Translations under genes and position numbers: made by a program | Shown here: positions 10,801 through 19,325 of the stretch, piece after piece | Position numbering within the stretch: the stretch's first letter is position 1 | Layout of the letters: the number at the start of each line of letters is the position of its first letter | NCBI GenBank assembly: GCA_903958625.1 | Contig: CAJBTU010000084.1 | Coordinates: forward strand, 7,472-71,471 | Direction: 5' to 3' | DNA from: an uncultured Ignavibacteriota bacterium | Lineage (GTDB): Bacteria > Bacteroidota > Ignavibacteria > UBA10030 > UBA8401 | DNA: 64,000 nt | The notes under the pieces: model-generated | Seen by the model: only the letters and a program-made list of their open reading frames with translations | Database searches by the model: none | Told to the model about the DNA's origin: nothing

Positions 10801-11230
10801 TCCCGAATTTTATGTGGAAAGCGACACCGAACGGCTCGACATCTACCGGCGTCTGTACAAGACCTCAACGCAAAAAGAAGTCGATGAACTGAAAGCGGAA
10901 CTTTCAGACAGATTCGGAACGGCGATGGAAGAAGTGGATAATCTTTTTTCCCTTGCCTCGCTTCGCGTGATCGGTTCACGGTCCAATATCCGGAAAGTGG
11001 AATTGAACAAACGTGTTCTCCGGATGTTCCTGCCATCCGAAGACGACAGACACTTCTATGAAGGAGGAGTATTCCAGGAGATGATGGCACGTGTCTCTGC
11101 GATCAAAGAACCACTGGTGCAATTAAAGCAGGAAGGAAAAAATCTTTTCCTTCAAGCGTACGTGAAACATACCGAAGGAAGGGAACGCATAAACGATGCG
11201 ATGTTTATCGTTGAACAATTAACGTCTTGA
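7835..11230 (+). CDS. mfd: transcription-repair coupling factor Mfd
   Basis: 1131 aa. Contains a CarD-like region (GDYVTHVDHGIGKF), helicase Walker A GDVGFGKTE, LLVIDEEQRFG, and a RecG-like C-terminal half with QLRGRVGR. Confidence 0.95.
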   Translation: MAVIKDINNRIFESAHFQKLNALNVSAGNPAQLHGISGSLWAFVAVALFRQANGQVLVVLDEQERAEKLRDDCAAIIGDANVKLCVVEPQHASQAMDMSAPLSQIETLKALQTNTPAIYITHATALGFGVPDRQEFSSSIIELSAKTEHNFEQLLAALSEHGFERKQFVESYGDVAVRGGILDVFPFVGEHPVRIEFWGDTVESIREFEVLSQRSIRELQSVSIVPDVLRKKENDQHTEIQSRKVSLLSYFSAELTVFSEDISLLKREYDELVSEGVATDFSFDDVLKEFEKYPRFIHSPFQASQAQIDFQSQSQPSVNGSISILREKIAEFSGKGYDVIITSDRKEELERIQDLIEEDSDLAFGDSAREITEEENENVTPEPEIPIVDSGSILSVQYSTESFHSGFVFESAKIVILTEHEIFNRIKARAERKRKRFKGISAKELHALRRGDYVTHVDHGIGKFLGLEKIKVGGAEQEVAKLEYAEKGTLFVNLNYITRIQKYSSSEGHEPKLNKLGSPDWERLKARTKKKIKDIARDLIKLYAKRKMEPGFAFQADTHWQKEMEASFMYEDTPDQARTTVEMKHDMESPHPMDRLVCGDVGFGKTEIAVRAAFKSVMNGKQAGVLVPTTILAQQHYNTFSDRLGRYPVRIALLSRFKSAKEIKESLKKISDGDVDIVIGTHRLLSKDVKFKDLGLLVIDEEQRFGVAAKEKLRALKVSVDTLTLTATPIPRTLHFSLMGARDLSVINTPPRNRLPIHTEIATYDKKIIREAVIHEIHRGGQVFIVTDKVSNIDILTSTFIEAIPEARFRYAHGQMEGHELEQVMIDFLERKFDVLVTTKIVESGVDIPSVNTIIINRADKFGLAELYQLRGRVGRANLQAYAYLLVPPIHSLPKQTLRRLQAIEEFTELGSGLNLAMRDLEIRGAGNMLGGEQSGFIMEMGFEMYTKILEDAVAELKEQEFAEVFAATLESKTRIIETQVDADLEAYLPEFYVESDTERLDIYRRLYKTSTQKEVDELKAELSDRFGTAMEEVDNLFSLASLRVIGSRSNIRKVELNKRVLRMFLPSEDDRHFYEGGVFQEMMARVSAIKEPLVQLKQEGKNLFLQAYVKHTEGRERINDAMFIVEQLTS

Positions 11231-11300
11231 TCGAAAACTCTCGAACACAAAAACAATAAGGTTCGCTTTATCTCGCAGAGGGAAAGCCGGACCGTGAAAC

Positions 11301-11915
11301 GTGAAAACTATGAATACGGATATCAAAGTAATTCTCTTCGATCTTGGCCGGGTACTGATGCATATCGACTTTGAAGCTTTTCCTAACGGACTTGGACTGC
11401 TCACAAAAGAAGAACGGCTGCAGTACGATCAGGCAAACATTCAAAACAGTATTCGCGAATATGAAACGGGAAAAATGTCAACGAATGAATTTTATGATTC
11501 ATTATACGGAATATTTCAAAAAAAATATTCACGGGAAAAATTACGGGAATCATTTGACGGAATTATCGTTGCCGATAATCAGGAGATCATTCCGTTCGTT
11601 GAAAAAATAATGCTCCAATACCGGATAGCAGTTCTCAGCAACACCTGCGCAAGTCACTGGGAAAAAGTTTTGCGCCTATCGTCGCTGATAAAATTATTCC
11701 CCGATGTGTTCACCTCGTTTCAACTTGGTGCAATGAAACCTGCACGAAGTGTCTATGAAAATGTTTGTACCTCTCTGAACGTGCAGCCGCATGAAGTACT
11801 GTTCATCGACGATCTAAAAGAAAATGTTGAAGGAGCAATTTCCGCCGGAATGAAAGGGATCCTTTTTACGGATGCTCGTCAACTGCAGCACGATTTTCAA
11901 AACCATAAATGGTAA
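11301..11915 (+). CDS. HAD-superfamily hydrolase (subfamily IA-like)
   Basis: ILFDLGRVL (motif I), LSNT (motif II), FIDDLKENVEGA (motif IV). GTG at 11301 or ATG at 11310 could be the start. Confidence 0.8.
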   Translation: MKTMNTDIKVILFDLGRVLMHIDFEAFPNGLGLLTKEERLQYDQANIQNSIREYETGKMSTNEFYDSLYGIFQKKYSREKLRESFDGIIVADNQEIIPFVEKIMLQYRIAVLSNTCASHWEKVLRLSSLIKLFPDVFTSFQLGAMKPARSVYENVCTSLNVQPHEVLFIDDLKENVEGAISAGMKGILFTDARQLQHDFQNHKW

Positions 11916-12039
11916 AACTACACTTAAAGTAAAATATTAACTCATTCCCGTAACAATCTGCATTACAGACTTCCTGTCAGACCTTCCGGACAATAATTCC
12001 AAAAATCTGCGAAATATCCTTATTTATTGGAGAAATTAC

Positions 12040-12069
12040 TTGACTTTAGATCGAAATCCTGTAACTTTG
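12040..12069 (+). promoter_or_regulatory. candidate Bacteroidota-style promoter of the dcw cluster
   Basis: TTGACT at 12040-12045 and TAACTTTG (TAnnTTTG form) at 12062-12069, 19 nt apart. It lies 60 nt upstream of the mraZ start. Confidence 0.5.
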
Positions 12070-12094
12070 TGTCCAATGGTGGGTTAAAGTGGGT
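12070..12094 (+). promoter_or_regulatory. candidate MraZ operator (TGGGN direct repeats at 10-bp spacing)
   Basis: TGGGT at 12080-12084 and 12090-12094 separated by a 5-nt spacer. A degenerate third unit TGTCC sits at 12070-12074, immediately after the -7 box. Confidence 0.55.
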
Positions 12095-12129
12095 AAAAAA
12101 TAATCAACAAAATAAGGTGAATTTCATCC

Positions 12130-12579
12130 GTGTCCTCGTTTAAAGGTTCGTTTAATTATACGGTTGACAATAAAGGTCGCATCAATATTCCTGCAAAGAT
12201 GAGGAAGAATCTTGCGCCCGAAGCGAATAATTCGTTCGTGATCACGCGCGGATTTGAGGAATGCATTTTTATTTATCCGAATGATGAGTGGGCAAAACGT
12301 GAAGCAGAGATCGGAAAATTGCAGCAGACCGATCCGCAGCACCGGTATTTTACGCGAATGCTGCTGAATCATGCAACGGATGCCGAGCTGGACGGACAAT
12401 ATAGAATTATTCTGCCGAAAGAATTGCTCCAGTATGCTAAGATTGAAAATGATGTTTTCATCATGGGCGTGTTCGACCGCATTGAAGTGTGGAATCCCGA
12501 CGAGTATAAAAAATATCTTGACGGTCAGCCGGAAGATTATTTGACGGTGGCGTCGAAGGTCTTTGAAAAGAAAGAGTGA
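12130..12579 (+). CDS. mraZ: transcriptional regulator MraZ
   Basis: FKGSFNYTVDNKGRINIPAKMR, with a second DGQYRIILPKEL repeat giving two SpoVT/AbrB-like halves. GTG start preceded by AAGGTG. First gene of the dcw cluster. Confidence 0.9.
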   Translation: MSSFKGSFNYTVDNKGRINIPAKMRKNLAPEANNSFVITRGFEECIFIYPNDEWAKREAEIGKLQQTDPQHRYFTRMLLNHATDAELDGQYRIILPKELLQYAKIENDVFIMGVFDRIEVWNPDEYKKYLDGQPEDYLTVASKVFEKKE

Positions 12580-12664
12580 TGATCTGCCGCAGATCACGCG
12601 GAAAATTACGGCATTAGAAATTTTAACGGTCTCTGCGAACTCAGCGTTCTCTGTGGTAAAAAGA

Positions 12665-13606
12665 ATGACAACATCATCATATCATATTCCGGTGATGCTC
12701 AACGAAGTTCTTGAGCATCTCGTGACAACGAGCGACGGAATATATGTTGACGGAACGTTAGGCGGGGGCGGACATGCAGAAAAGATTTGTGAACGGCTTT
12801 CGGAAAACGGAATGCTCCTCGGTATCGACGCTGATGCAGACGCAATTAACGAAGCAGGGAAACGTCTGCAGCGTTTTAAAAACAATGTTCTACTTGTGAA
12901 CGACAACACCGCACACATCGCAGACATACTTCACTCTCAGCACATTTCAACGGTTCATGGATTGTTGTTAGACCTTGGCGTCTCTTCATTTCAACTTGAT
13001 GATGCGAGTAAAGGATTTTCGTTCCGCGGGAACGAACGGCTTGACATGCGAATGGACCGCCGGCAGTCTCTTGATGCATATGCGGTGGTGAATTCGTACG
13101 AAGAAGAGGAACTTGCCGATGTGATCTTTCACTACGGCGAAGAACGGCTTTCCCGGCGCATCGCGCGAAAGATCGTTTACCGGAGAGAAGAGGTGCCGAT
13201 CGAAACAACAGGACAGCTGGCATCGATCATTGAAAGTGTTGTCGGCGGAAAGTTTGCCGTAAAATCGCTGGCAAGAGTGTTTCAGGCGGTCAGAATCGAA
13301 GTCAATGACGAATTGCATCGGCTGAAATCGATATTGAGTGATTCGCTCGGCTGCATGGCGGATGGAGGCAGGATTGTAGTGATCTCGTATCATTCGCTGG
13401 AAGACCGCATCGTGAAGACGTTTTTCAACGAATGTGCCGCGGCCACAATTCCTTCGGGAAACAAATTCCAGCCGGACACCCCACGCGTTCCGGAATTGAG
13501 AATTATCACGAAGAAACCGCTGGAAGCGACGGAAGAAGAACAAAAGAAGAATCCACGCTCACGAAGCGCTAAAATGAGAGCGGCAGAAAGAATTTTGACA
13601 GTGTAG
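12665..13606 (+). CDS. rsmH: 16S rRNA (cytosine1402-N4)-methyltransferase RsmH
   Basis: HIPVMLNEVLEHL, DGTLGGGGHA, LLDLGVSSFQLD, ISYHSLEDRIVK. Start placed at the ATG at 12665 rather than the track's 12563. Confidence 0.95.
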   Translation: MTTSSYHIPVMLNEVLEHLVTTSDGIYVDGTLGGGGHAEKICERLSENGMLLGIDADADAINEAGKRLQRFKNNVLLVNDNTAHIADILHSQHISTVHGLLLDLGVSSFQLDDASKGFSFRGNERLDMRMDRRQSLDAYAVVNSYEEEELADVIFHYGEERLSRRIARKIVYRREEVPIETTGQLASIIESVVGGKFAVKSLARVFQAVRIEVNDELHRLKSILSDSLGCMADGGRIVVISYHSLEDRIVKTFFNECAAATIPSGNKFQPDTPRVPELRIITKKPLEATEEEQKKNPRSRSAKMRAAERILTV

Positions 13607-13610
13607 AAGT

Positions 13611-14081
13611 ATGGCAAAAAATCATCAAAATATTCCAATTGATATTGTCGATATGCCGAAGTTCAACGACCGGCAGTTCTATAATAACGCTGTTCCGGCT
13701 CAGTTCGATCCGCAGGCCGTTGCTCCCGGCTACGCTATGCCGAGGCAGAACGTTCGAAGGATCAATACGAAGAAACGGGCAAAAACATCCAATATCGTCG
13801 GGATCTTATTTTTGGTGGCAACGGCTGCTCTATTATACGTCGGAAATGTTATTGCCGTGAACACTCTTGCAAAAGAAGTGAACGACCTGAATGCAAAGCA
13901 CAGTCAGATTGTAAGCACGAATGAAGTGATTAAGGCGGAGATCAACCGGAAGGCAAGTTTGGAACGGATCAGTCTGATGGCACAGGAAAAACTTGGGATG
14001 ATGAATCCCAAGGAAGCGCCGACATGGTTCGAGGTTGACGGTGAAAAAGAGACCGATGTGAAAGAAAAATTACACCAATAG
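13611..14081 (+). CDS. ftsL: FtsL-like cell-division protein
   Basis: Sits between rsmH and ftsI. Has a single TM helix (IVGILFLVATAALLYVGNVIAV) followed by a coiled-coil-like segment. There is little sequence conservation to check by eye. Confidence 0.6.
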   Translation: MAKNHQNIPIDIVDMPKFNDRQFYNNAVPAQFDPQAVAPGYAMPRQNVRRINTKKRAKTSNIVGILFLVATAALLYVGNVIAVNTLAKEVNDLNAKHSQIVSTNEVIKAEINRKASLERISLMAQEKLGMMNPKEAPTWFEVDGEKETDVKEKLHQ

Positions 14082-14100
14082 GAATTTCAGACAGCACGCT

Positions 14101-16284
14101 ATGTGGAACCCGTTCAAAAAAAGAGATGATGCGGTACAGGAATCGCCCCAGCAGAAAGATTATAAACATCGTCTACTGATCGTGAAGATCTGTTTCCTGT
14201 TTGCCTTTTGTGCGGCAGCGATACGTTTAGTGCAGATCCAGCTTCTTGATTCCGGGAAGTATCAGGACATTGCAAAGAAACAGTACGAAGCAAGAGTGCC
14301 TCTTGTTGCCGAGCGGGGGAACATTTATGACAGAAACGGAAATGTTCTTGTGGCGAATTCTGAATTTGTCTCTTTTGCCGCCGATCCAAAGATAGCCGGT
14401 GACGATGCCAAAGTGATCGCAAGGGAATTTTCCGCGGTAACGGGTAAGCCGGAGAAGGACTACAGTTCCAAACTTCAAAGCGCAAAACGCTTCGTATGGA
14501 TGGAACGTCATCTTCGTCCCGACGTTGCCGAACTGGTCCCGTTGAAAAAAATGGGAGGCGTCGTGAAGATGAATGAAGCGATGCGCCTGTATCATTACGA
14601 TGAGATCGCCGGACAGGTGCTTGGAGCAACGAATATTGACAATGTGGGTGTCAGCGGGATCGAACAGCAGTTCAATGATGTGCTTTGCGGAATAGACGGA
14701 TATGTGATCATGCAGAAGGACGGGTTGGGAAGAAAGCGACCGTCTGTCGATTATCCGCGCGAGGAAGCAGTGAACGGTCATTCCATCGAACTGACGATCG
14801 ATCTGCAGTATCAATCGATCGCCGATGAAGAATTGAAAAAAGGTATTGCCCGTACACAAGCCGACGCAGGACTTGTTGTGATGATCCGTCCGCAGACCGG
14901 AGAGATACTTGCCATGGCAAATTATCCTCAGGTGAATCTCAACAAAGTACAGAATGCCGATGCGTTGAAGAACCGCATCGTATCCGACATGTATGAACCG
15001 GGTTCGGTCTTCAAGATTGTTACGGCATCGGCAGCGCTGGAAAATAATATTGTCACATTGGAAAAAAAGATCTATGCGGAGAACGGAAAATATAGGATCG
15101 AATATCCGGGAAAAACGATCCGGTTTATCAATGATGCACACCCGCTGCGAGATGTGACGTTTTTGGAATCGATGGCGTACTCGTCCAACATTGTCATGGC
15201 AAAGGTGAGCGATCTGATCGGCCAGGAAAAATTATACAAGAAGGCGCGCGATTTCGGTTTCGGAATGGCAACAGGGATCGAACTTCCCGCCGAGATCAAT
15301 GGTCAGCTGAAAAAGACCTCGGAATGGTCGATGGCATCGCTAAATTCCATTGCATACGGATACGAAGTCGGCGTTACGCCGCTTCAGATCGTTTCGGCAT
15401 ATTCGGCAATTGCCAACGACGGTATGCTGATGAAACCGTATATCGTACAGAGAGAGAAAGATGAAAACGGGCAGGAAGTCTATGCAGGCCAGCCGCAAAT
15501 GATCCGCCGAGTGATTCCGAAGAATGTGAACGACCAGGTAAAGCAGATGCTGGAAGCCGTTGTTGAATACGGAACCGGCATTTCAGTGAAAACACCCGGT
15601 GTGCGGATTGCCGGTAAAACCGGAACGTCGCGCAAACATGTTAACGGGAAGTATGAGGATGGAAGTTATAATGCATCGTTCATTGGATTTTTTCCGGCGG
15701 AAAAACCGGAAGTAGTCATTTTGGTGATGATCGAAAAACCGAAGGCGGGCGGGTACTATGGCGCGACGGCGAGTGCGCCGATCTTCAAAGCAATTTCGGA
15801 CCGCATCATCAACAACAATGGGCTGATCGCAAAGACGGTTATCGCAGAGCAACAAGTGCAGAATGTCGATCAGCAGAACGATGCAACGGTTTCTATTCCC
15901 GATGTTGCGACCAATGATATGAATGATGCCATCGCCGCATTGAATCGGTCAGGACTAGCGGCAAAGGTGATCGGTGCAGGCGAAGAAGTTGTGCGTCAGT
16001 ATCCGCCGGCAGGAACAAAGGTAGAGCGCGGTTCAATTGTTCAATTGATGATGAATGAAACGGCACTAAGTGTTGCCGCAGGTACGCTGCAGGTTCCGGA
16101 TGTCCGCGGAATGAGTCTTCGCCGTGCGGTAAACAAACTTGCCGCGGAACAATACGGAGTGACGATTGTTGGCTCGGGAATCGTGGCGAATCAATTTCCG
16201 AGTCCCGGAACGCCGATGAAGCAGGGAACAAAAGTGACGATCATGTGTGAACCAAAAGTGATTGCTACGGCACAGCTCTATTAA
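14101..16284 (+). CDS. ftsI: class B penicillin-binding protein (FtsI/PBP2B-like) with two C-terminal PASTA domains
   Basis: N-terminal TM helix. SxxK (GSVFK), SxN (SSN) and KTG (GKTGTS) motifs. Two PASTA-like units run from about 15890 to the end (IPDVATNDMNDAIAALNRSGL..., VPDVRGMSLRRAVNKLAAEQY...). Confidence 0.9.
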   Translation: MWNPFKKRDDAVQESPQQKDYKHRLLIVKICFLFAFCAAAIRLVQIQLLDSGKYQDIAKKQYEARVPLVAERGNIYDRNGNVLVANSEFVSFAADPKIAGDDAKVIAREFSAVTGKPEKDYSSKLQSAKRFVWMERHLRPDVAELVPLKKMGGVVKMNEAMRLYHYDEIAGQVLGATNIDNVGVSGIEQQFNDVLCGIDGYVIMQKDGLGRKRPSVDYPREEAVNGHSIELTIDLQYQSIADEELKKGIARTQADAGLVVMIRPQTGEILAMANYPQVNLNKVQNADALKNRIVSDMYEPGSVFKIVTASAALENNIVTLEKKIYAENGKYRIEYPGKTIRFINDAHPLRDVTFLESMAYSSNIVMAKVSDLIGQEKLYKKARDFGFGMATGIELPAEINGQLKKTSEWSMASLNSIAYGYEVGVTPLQIVSAYSAIANDGMLMKPYIVQREKDENGQEVYAGQPQMIRRVIPKNVNDQVKQMLEAVVEYGTGISVKTPGVRIAGKTGTSRKHVNGKYEDGSYNASFIGFFPAEKPEVVILVMIEKPKAGGYYGATASAPIFKAISDRIINNNGLIAKTVIAEQQVQNVDQQNDATVSIPDVATNDMNDAIAALNRSGLAAKVIGAGEEVVRQYPPAGTKVERGSIVQLMMNETALSVAAGTLQVPDVRGMSLRRAVNKLAAEQYGVTIVGSGIVANQFPSPGTPMKQGTKVTIMCEPKVIATAQLY

Positions 16285-16343
16285 CAGCAGGATCAAGGTT
16301 TGCGGAGAACGGACGGTATGTTTGAAACTGCAAATACAATGAA

Positions 16344-17861
16344 ATGAAAATCGAAGATCTTCCAATGACATTATCTGAACTATTACAGGGTGTTTCTGTT
16401 ACCAAGATGTTCCAAACGATGTACGGAAAGATGGTGACGACGCACGATGTGAAGATCAGCGGCATACAGTACGATTCGCGGAAGGTGCAAAGGGAAAATC
16501 TGTTCGTGGCGCTCAAAGGCACCGGTTCCGACGGACATAAATTCCTGTCGTCGGCGATATCGAACGGCGCCAAAGTGATTGTGATCGAGGATGATCAGGC
16601 GATCCCCGATTCGTTATGCATGCATACTGGTACGGTGAAGATCGTTGTCGGCAATACGCGGAAAGCTTTGGCGCAGATCTCGGCGAATTATTACGGACAT
16701 CCCGCCAAAAAGATGTCGATGATCGGCGTGACCGGTACGAACGGCAAGACGACGACGACATTCCTGATCAAACAGATGTTGGAAGCATCCTCTGGCGTGA
16801 AGGTCGGCTTGATCGGAACTGTGGAATATGCGATCGGAGATGAAAAATATCCCGCAACGCATACGACGCCCGAATCGCTGGAAATGCAGCAGTTATTCAC
16901 GCAGATGGTTCAAAAAGGATGCACGCATTGCGTTATGGAAGTCTCTTCGCATGCGCTGCATCAGCATCGCACCGAGGGAATTTCGTTCACGGCGGCAGTC
17001 TTCACGAACTTGACGCAGGACCACTTGGATTATCACGGTACGATGGAAGAGTATTTCACGGCGAAGAAAATGCTGTTCGACGGATTGAGCAATGAGGCCG
17101 TCGCCGTAACGAATGCCGATTCTGATTATGGAATGAAGGTCGTTGATGGATGCAAGGCGAAAGTGTTGTCGTACTCCGTGAATAATCATTCTAATGTCAA
17201 GGCAGAGAATGTTTCCGTCAGCGTGAAAGGATTTACCGCGGTCATCAATGGCGAAGAGATCTCTTCAAAATTAGTCGGCAGATTTAACGTCTATAATGTT
17301 CTCGGAGCATATGCAGCCGTTCTTGCCCTAGGGATCGATGTCAAGAATAAACAGTCGGTCATTGCATCACTTGCTCCCGCGCCGGGAAGATTCGATCAGA
17401 TCCAGTCGCCGAAAGGCTGGACCGCGATCGTTGATTATGCGCATACGCCCGATGCACTGGAAAATTGTCTGCAGACGATCCATGATATTTTGCCGCACCG
17501 GTATAAAACCAAGATCATTACCATTTTTGGTGCCGGCGGTGACCGTGACATTACAAAACGCCCGAAGATGGGTGCGATAGCGGATCGGTTGAGCGATGTC
17601 ATGATCGTAACATCCGATAATCCGCGCAACGAAGATCCGATGGAGATCATCAGTGATATCCTTGAAGGGATATCCTCCAAATCGAAAACATTTGTGGAAT
17701 CCGACAGGGGAAAAGCGATAGCGAAGGGATTGAGCATGGCATCCTCCGGTGATGTGATTCTGGTTGCGGGAAAAGGACACGAAGACTATCAGGTAATAGG
17801 GCAAGAAAAGATCCACTTCAGCGATAGAGAAGAAATTTTGAAACAGGCGTCATTAAAATAA
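16344..17861 (+). CDS. murE: UDP-N-acetylmuramoyl-L-alanyl-D-glutamate--2,6-diaminopimelate ligase
   Basis: GVTGTNGKTTT and the TSDNPRNEDP (DNPR) motif associated with meso-DAP specificity. dcw context. Confidence 0.93.
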   Translation: MKIEDLPMTLSELLQGVSVTKMFQTMYGKMVTTHDVKISGIQYDSRKVQRENLFVALKGTGSDGHKFLSSAISNGAKVIVIEDDQAIPDSLCMHTGTVKIVVGNTRKALAQISANYYGHPAKKMSMIGVTGTNGKTTTTFLIKQMLEASSGVKVGLIGTVEYAIGDEKYPATHTTPESLEMQQLFTQMVQKGCTHCVMEVSSHALHQHRTEGISFTAAVFTNLTQDHLDYHGTMEEYFTAKKMLFDGLSNEAVAVTNADSDYGMKVVDGCKAKVLSYSVNNHSNVKAENVSVSVKGFTAVINGEEISSKLVGRFNVYNVLGAYAAVLALGIDVKNKQSVIASLAPAPGRFDQIQSPKGWTAIVDYAHTPDALENCLQTIHDILPHRYKTKIITIFGAGGDRDITKRPKMGAIADRLSDVMIVTSDNPRNEDPMEIISDILEGISSKSKTFVESDRGKAIAKGLSMASSGDVILVAGKGHEDYQVIGQEKIHFSDREEILKQASLK

Positions 17862-17897
17862 ATTTTTCCCGGATCATACCGGTGCGGGAATTGTTCG

Positions 17898-19325
17898 ATG
17901 AGTATGAAGAAAATCACTGTCAAAGACCTCCAGCAATTGTCCGGTTCGGAACTCGTTAACAGAGAGTTGCTGAAGCGCAGAAGGATAGCGGGTGTTTCAA
18001 CCGATTCCCGCGCGGTGAAAAAAGACGATCTGTTCTTCGCTTTGCGGGGTGAAAAATTCGATGCGCACAGTTTTATTGATGTTGTCATAAAAGCAGAGGC
18101 GTCGGCAATTGTTGTGCATCGTGAATGGGCGCAAAAGAATGAAGCATATTTCAGAACATTCCCCTGTATGTTCGTGATAGTGAATGATACAACGGCGGCG
18201 TTCGGTGAACTCGCAAGGATCTATCGCCGGAAATTCGATATTCCGGTCATCGCCATTGCCGGCAGCAACGGAAAGACAACGACAAAAGAAATGGTGTCGG
18301 CCGTCCTCCGTACGAAATATGACGTGCTAAGCACGGAAGGGAATCTGAATAATCATATCGGCGTTCCGCAGACGCTGTTCCGCCTGACGAAGAAGCACGA
18401 GGCGGCCGTCGTGGAGATCGGAACGAATCACTTCGGTGAACTGAAATATCTTTGTGAGATCGCAGAACCGACGCACGGTCTTATTACGAACATCGGTAAG
18501 GAACATTTGGAATTTTTCGGTGATGAGAACGGTGTTGCGAAAGAGGAAAGGGCGTTATTCTCTTATCTGAAAGAGCATACGGGATTTGCATTTGTAAATT
18601 GTGACGATGAATTTTTGAGCGGCGATGCTGCTTCATTGAAACATGCTCTATGTTATGGAACAGGTGCGAAAGCCGATATTCGCGCGAAGAAAGTGCTGAC
18701 CGACGCGCTGGGACAATCGAAATTCGAAGTGGAATGGCGCAAAAAAAACATTTCATTCGGCGTCAGACTTTCCGTTCCGGGATTGCATAATGTCACAAAC
18801 GCAATGGCGGCATGCTCCGTCGGATTGAAATTGAAGGTGAAGCCGAAAAAAATTGCCGGTGCTCTTGAAAAATTCACCTCCGCCTCCAAGCGGATGGAGG
18901 TAACGGTGAATAACAACATTACGATTCTGAACGATACGTACAACTCAAATCCGGATTCGGTTATTGTTGCATTAAAAACGCTGCGGTCATTCACGGCAAA
19001 AGGAAAAAAGATTGTTGTGCTCGGCGATATGCGGGAACTTGGCGATGCGTCGAAGCGTGAGCATACGAATATCGGTGTGGTTGCATCAGAAATGAATTTC
19101 GACCGCTTGCTGACGTTCGGTCCGTTATCCAAATATACCAGCGAAGCGTTTGGCGCAAAGGCGCAGCATTACGAATCGAAAGAAGTCCTTGCGAATGAAT
19201 TGAAAAAAACGCTGACAGACGGAGATGTGATTTTGATAAAAGGTTCGCGGGGAATAAAGATGGAAGAGGTGGTGAACCGGTTGATGAACGATAATGATTC
19301 ATTGAAAACAAAGGATCAACACTGA
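17898..19325 (+). CDS. murF: UDP-N-acetylmuramoyl-tripeptide--D-alanyl-D-alanine ligase
   Basis: IAGSNGKTTTKEM, a Mur ligase C-terminal domain, and position after murE. Confidence 0.9.
   Translation: MSMKKITVKDLQQLSGSELVNRELLKRRRIAGVSTDSRAVKKDDLFFALRGEKFDAHSFIDVVIKAEASAIVVHREWAQKNEAYFRTFPCMFVIVNDTTAAFGELARIYRRKFDIPVIAIAGSNGKTTTKEMVSAVLRTKYDVLSTEGNLNNHIGVPQTLFRLTKKHEAAVVEIGTNHFGELKYLCEIAEPTHGLITNIGKEHLEFFGDENGVAKEERALFSYLKEHTGFAFVNCDDEFLSGDAASLKHALCYGTGAKADIRAKKVLTDALGQSKFEVEWRKKNISFGVRLSVPGLHNVTNAMAACSVGLKLKVKPKKIAGALEKFTSASKRMEVTVNNNITILNDTYNSNPDSVIVALKTLRSFTAKGKKIVVLGDMRELGDASKREHTNIGVVASEMNFDRLLTFGPLSKYTSEAFGAKAQHYESKEVLANELKKTLTDGDVILIKGSRGIKMEEVVNRLMNDNDSLKTKDQH

Noticed and set aside
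12124-13543. Minus-strand ORFs 12124..12597 and 12986..13543
   Set aside because: They are antisense to mraZ and rsmH, both of which have textbook motifs. They are typical antisense open frames.
14227-15141. 304-aa minus-strand ORF inside ftsI
   Set aside because: It is antisense to a PBP frame that carries SxxK/SxN/KTG. It has no features of its own.
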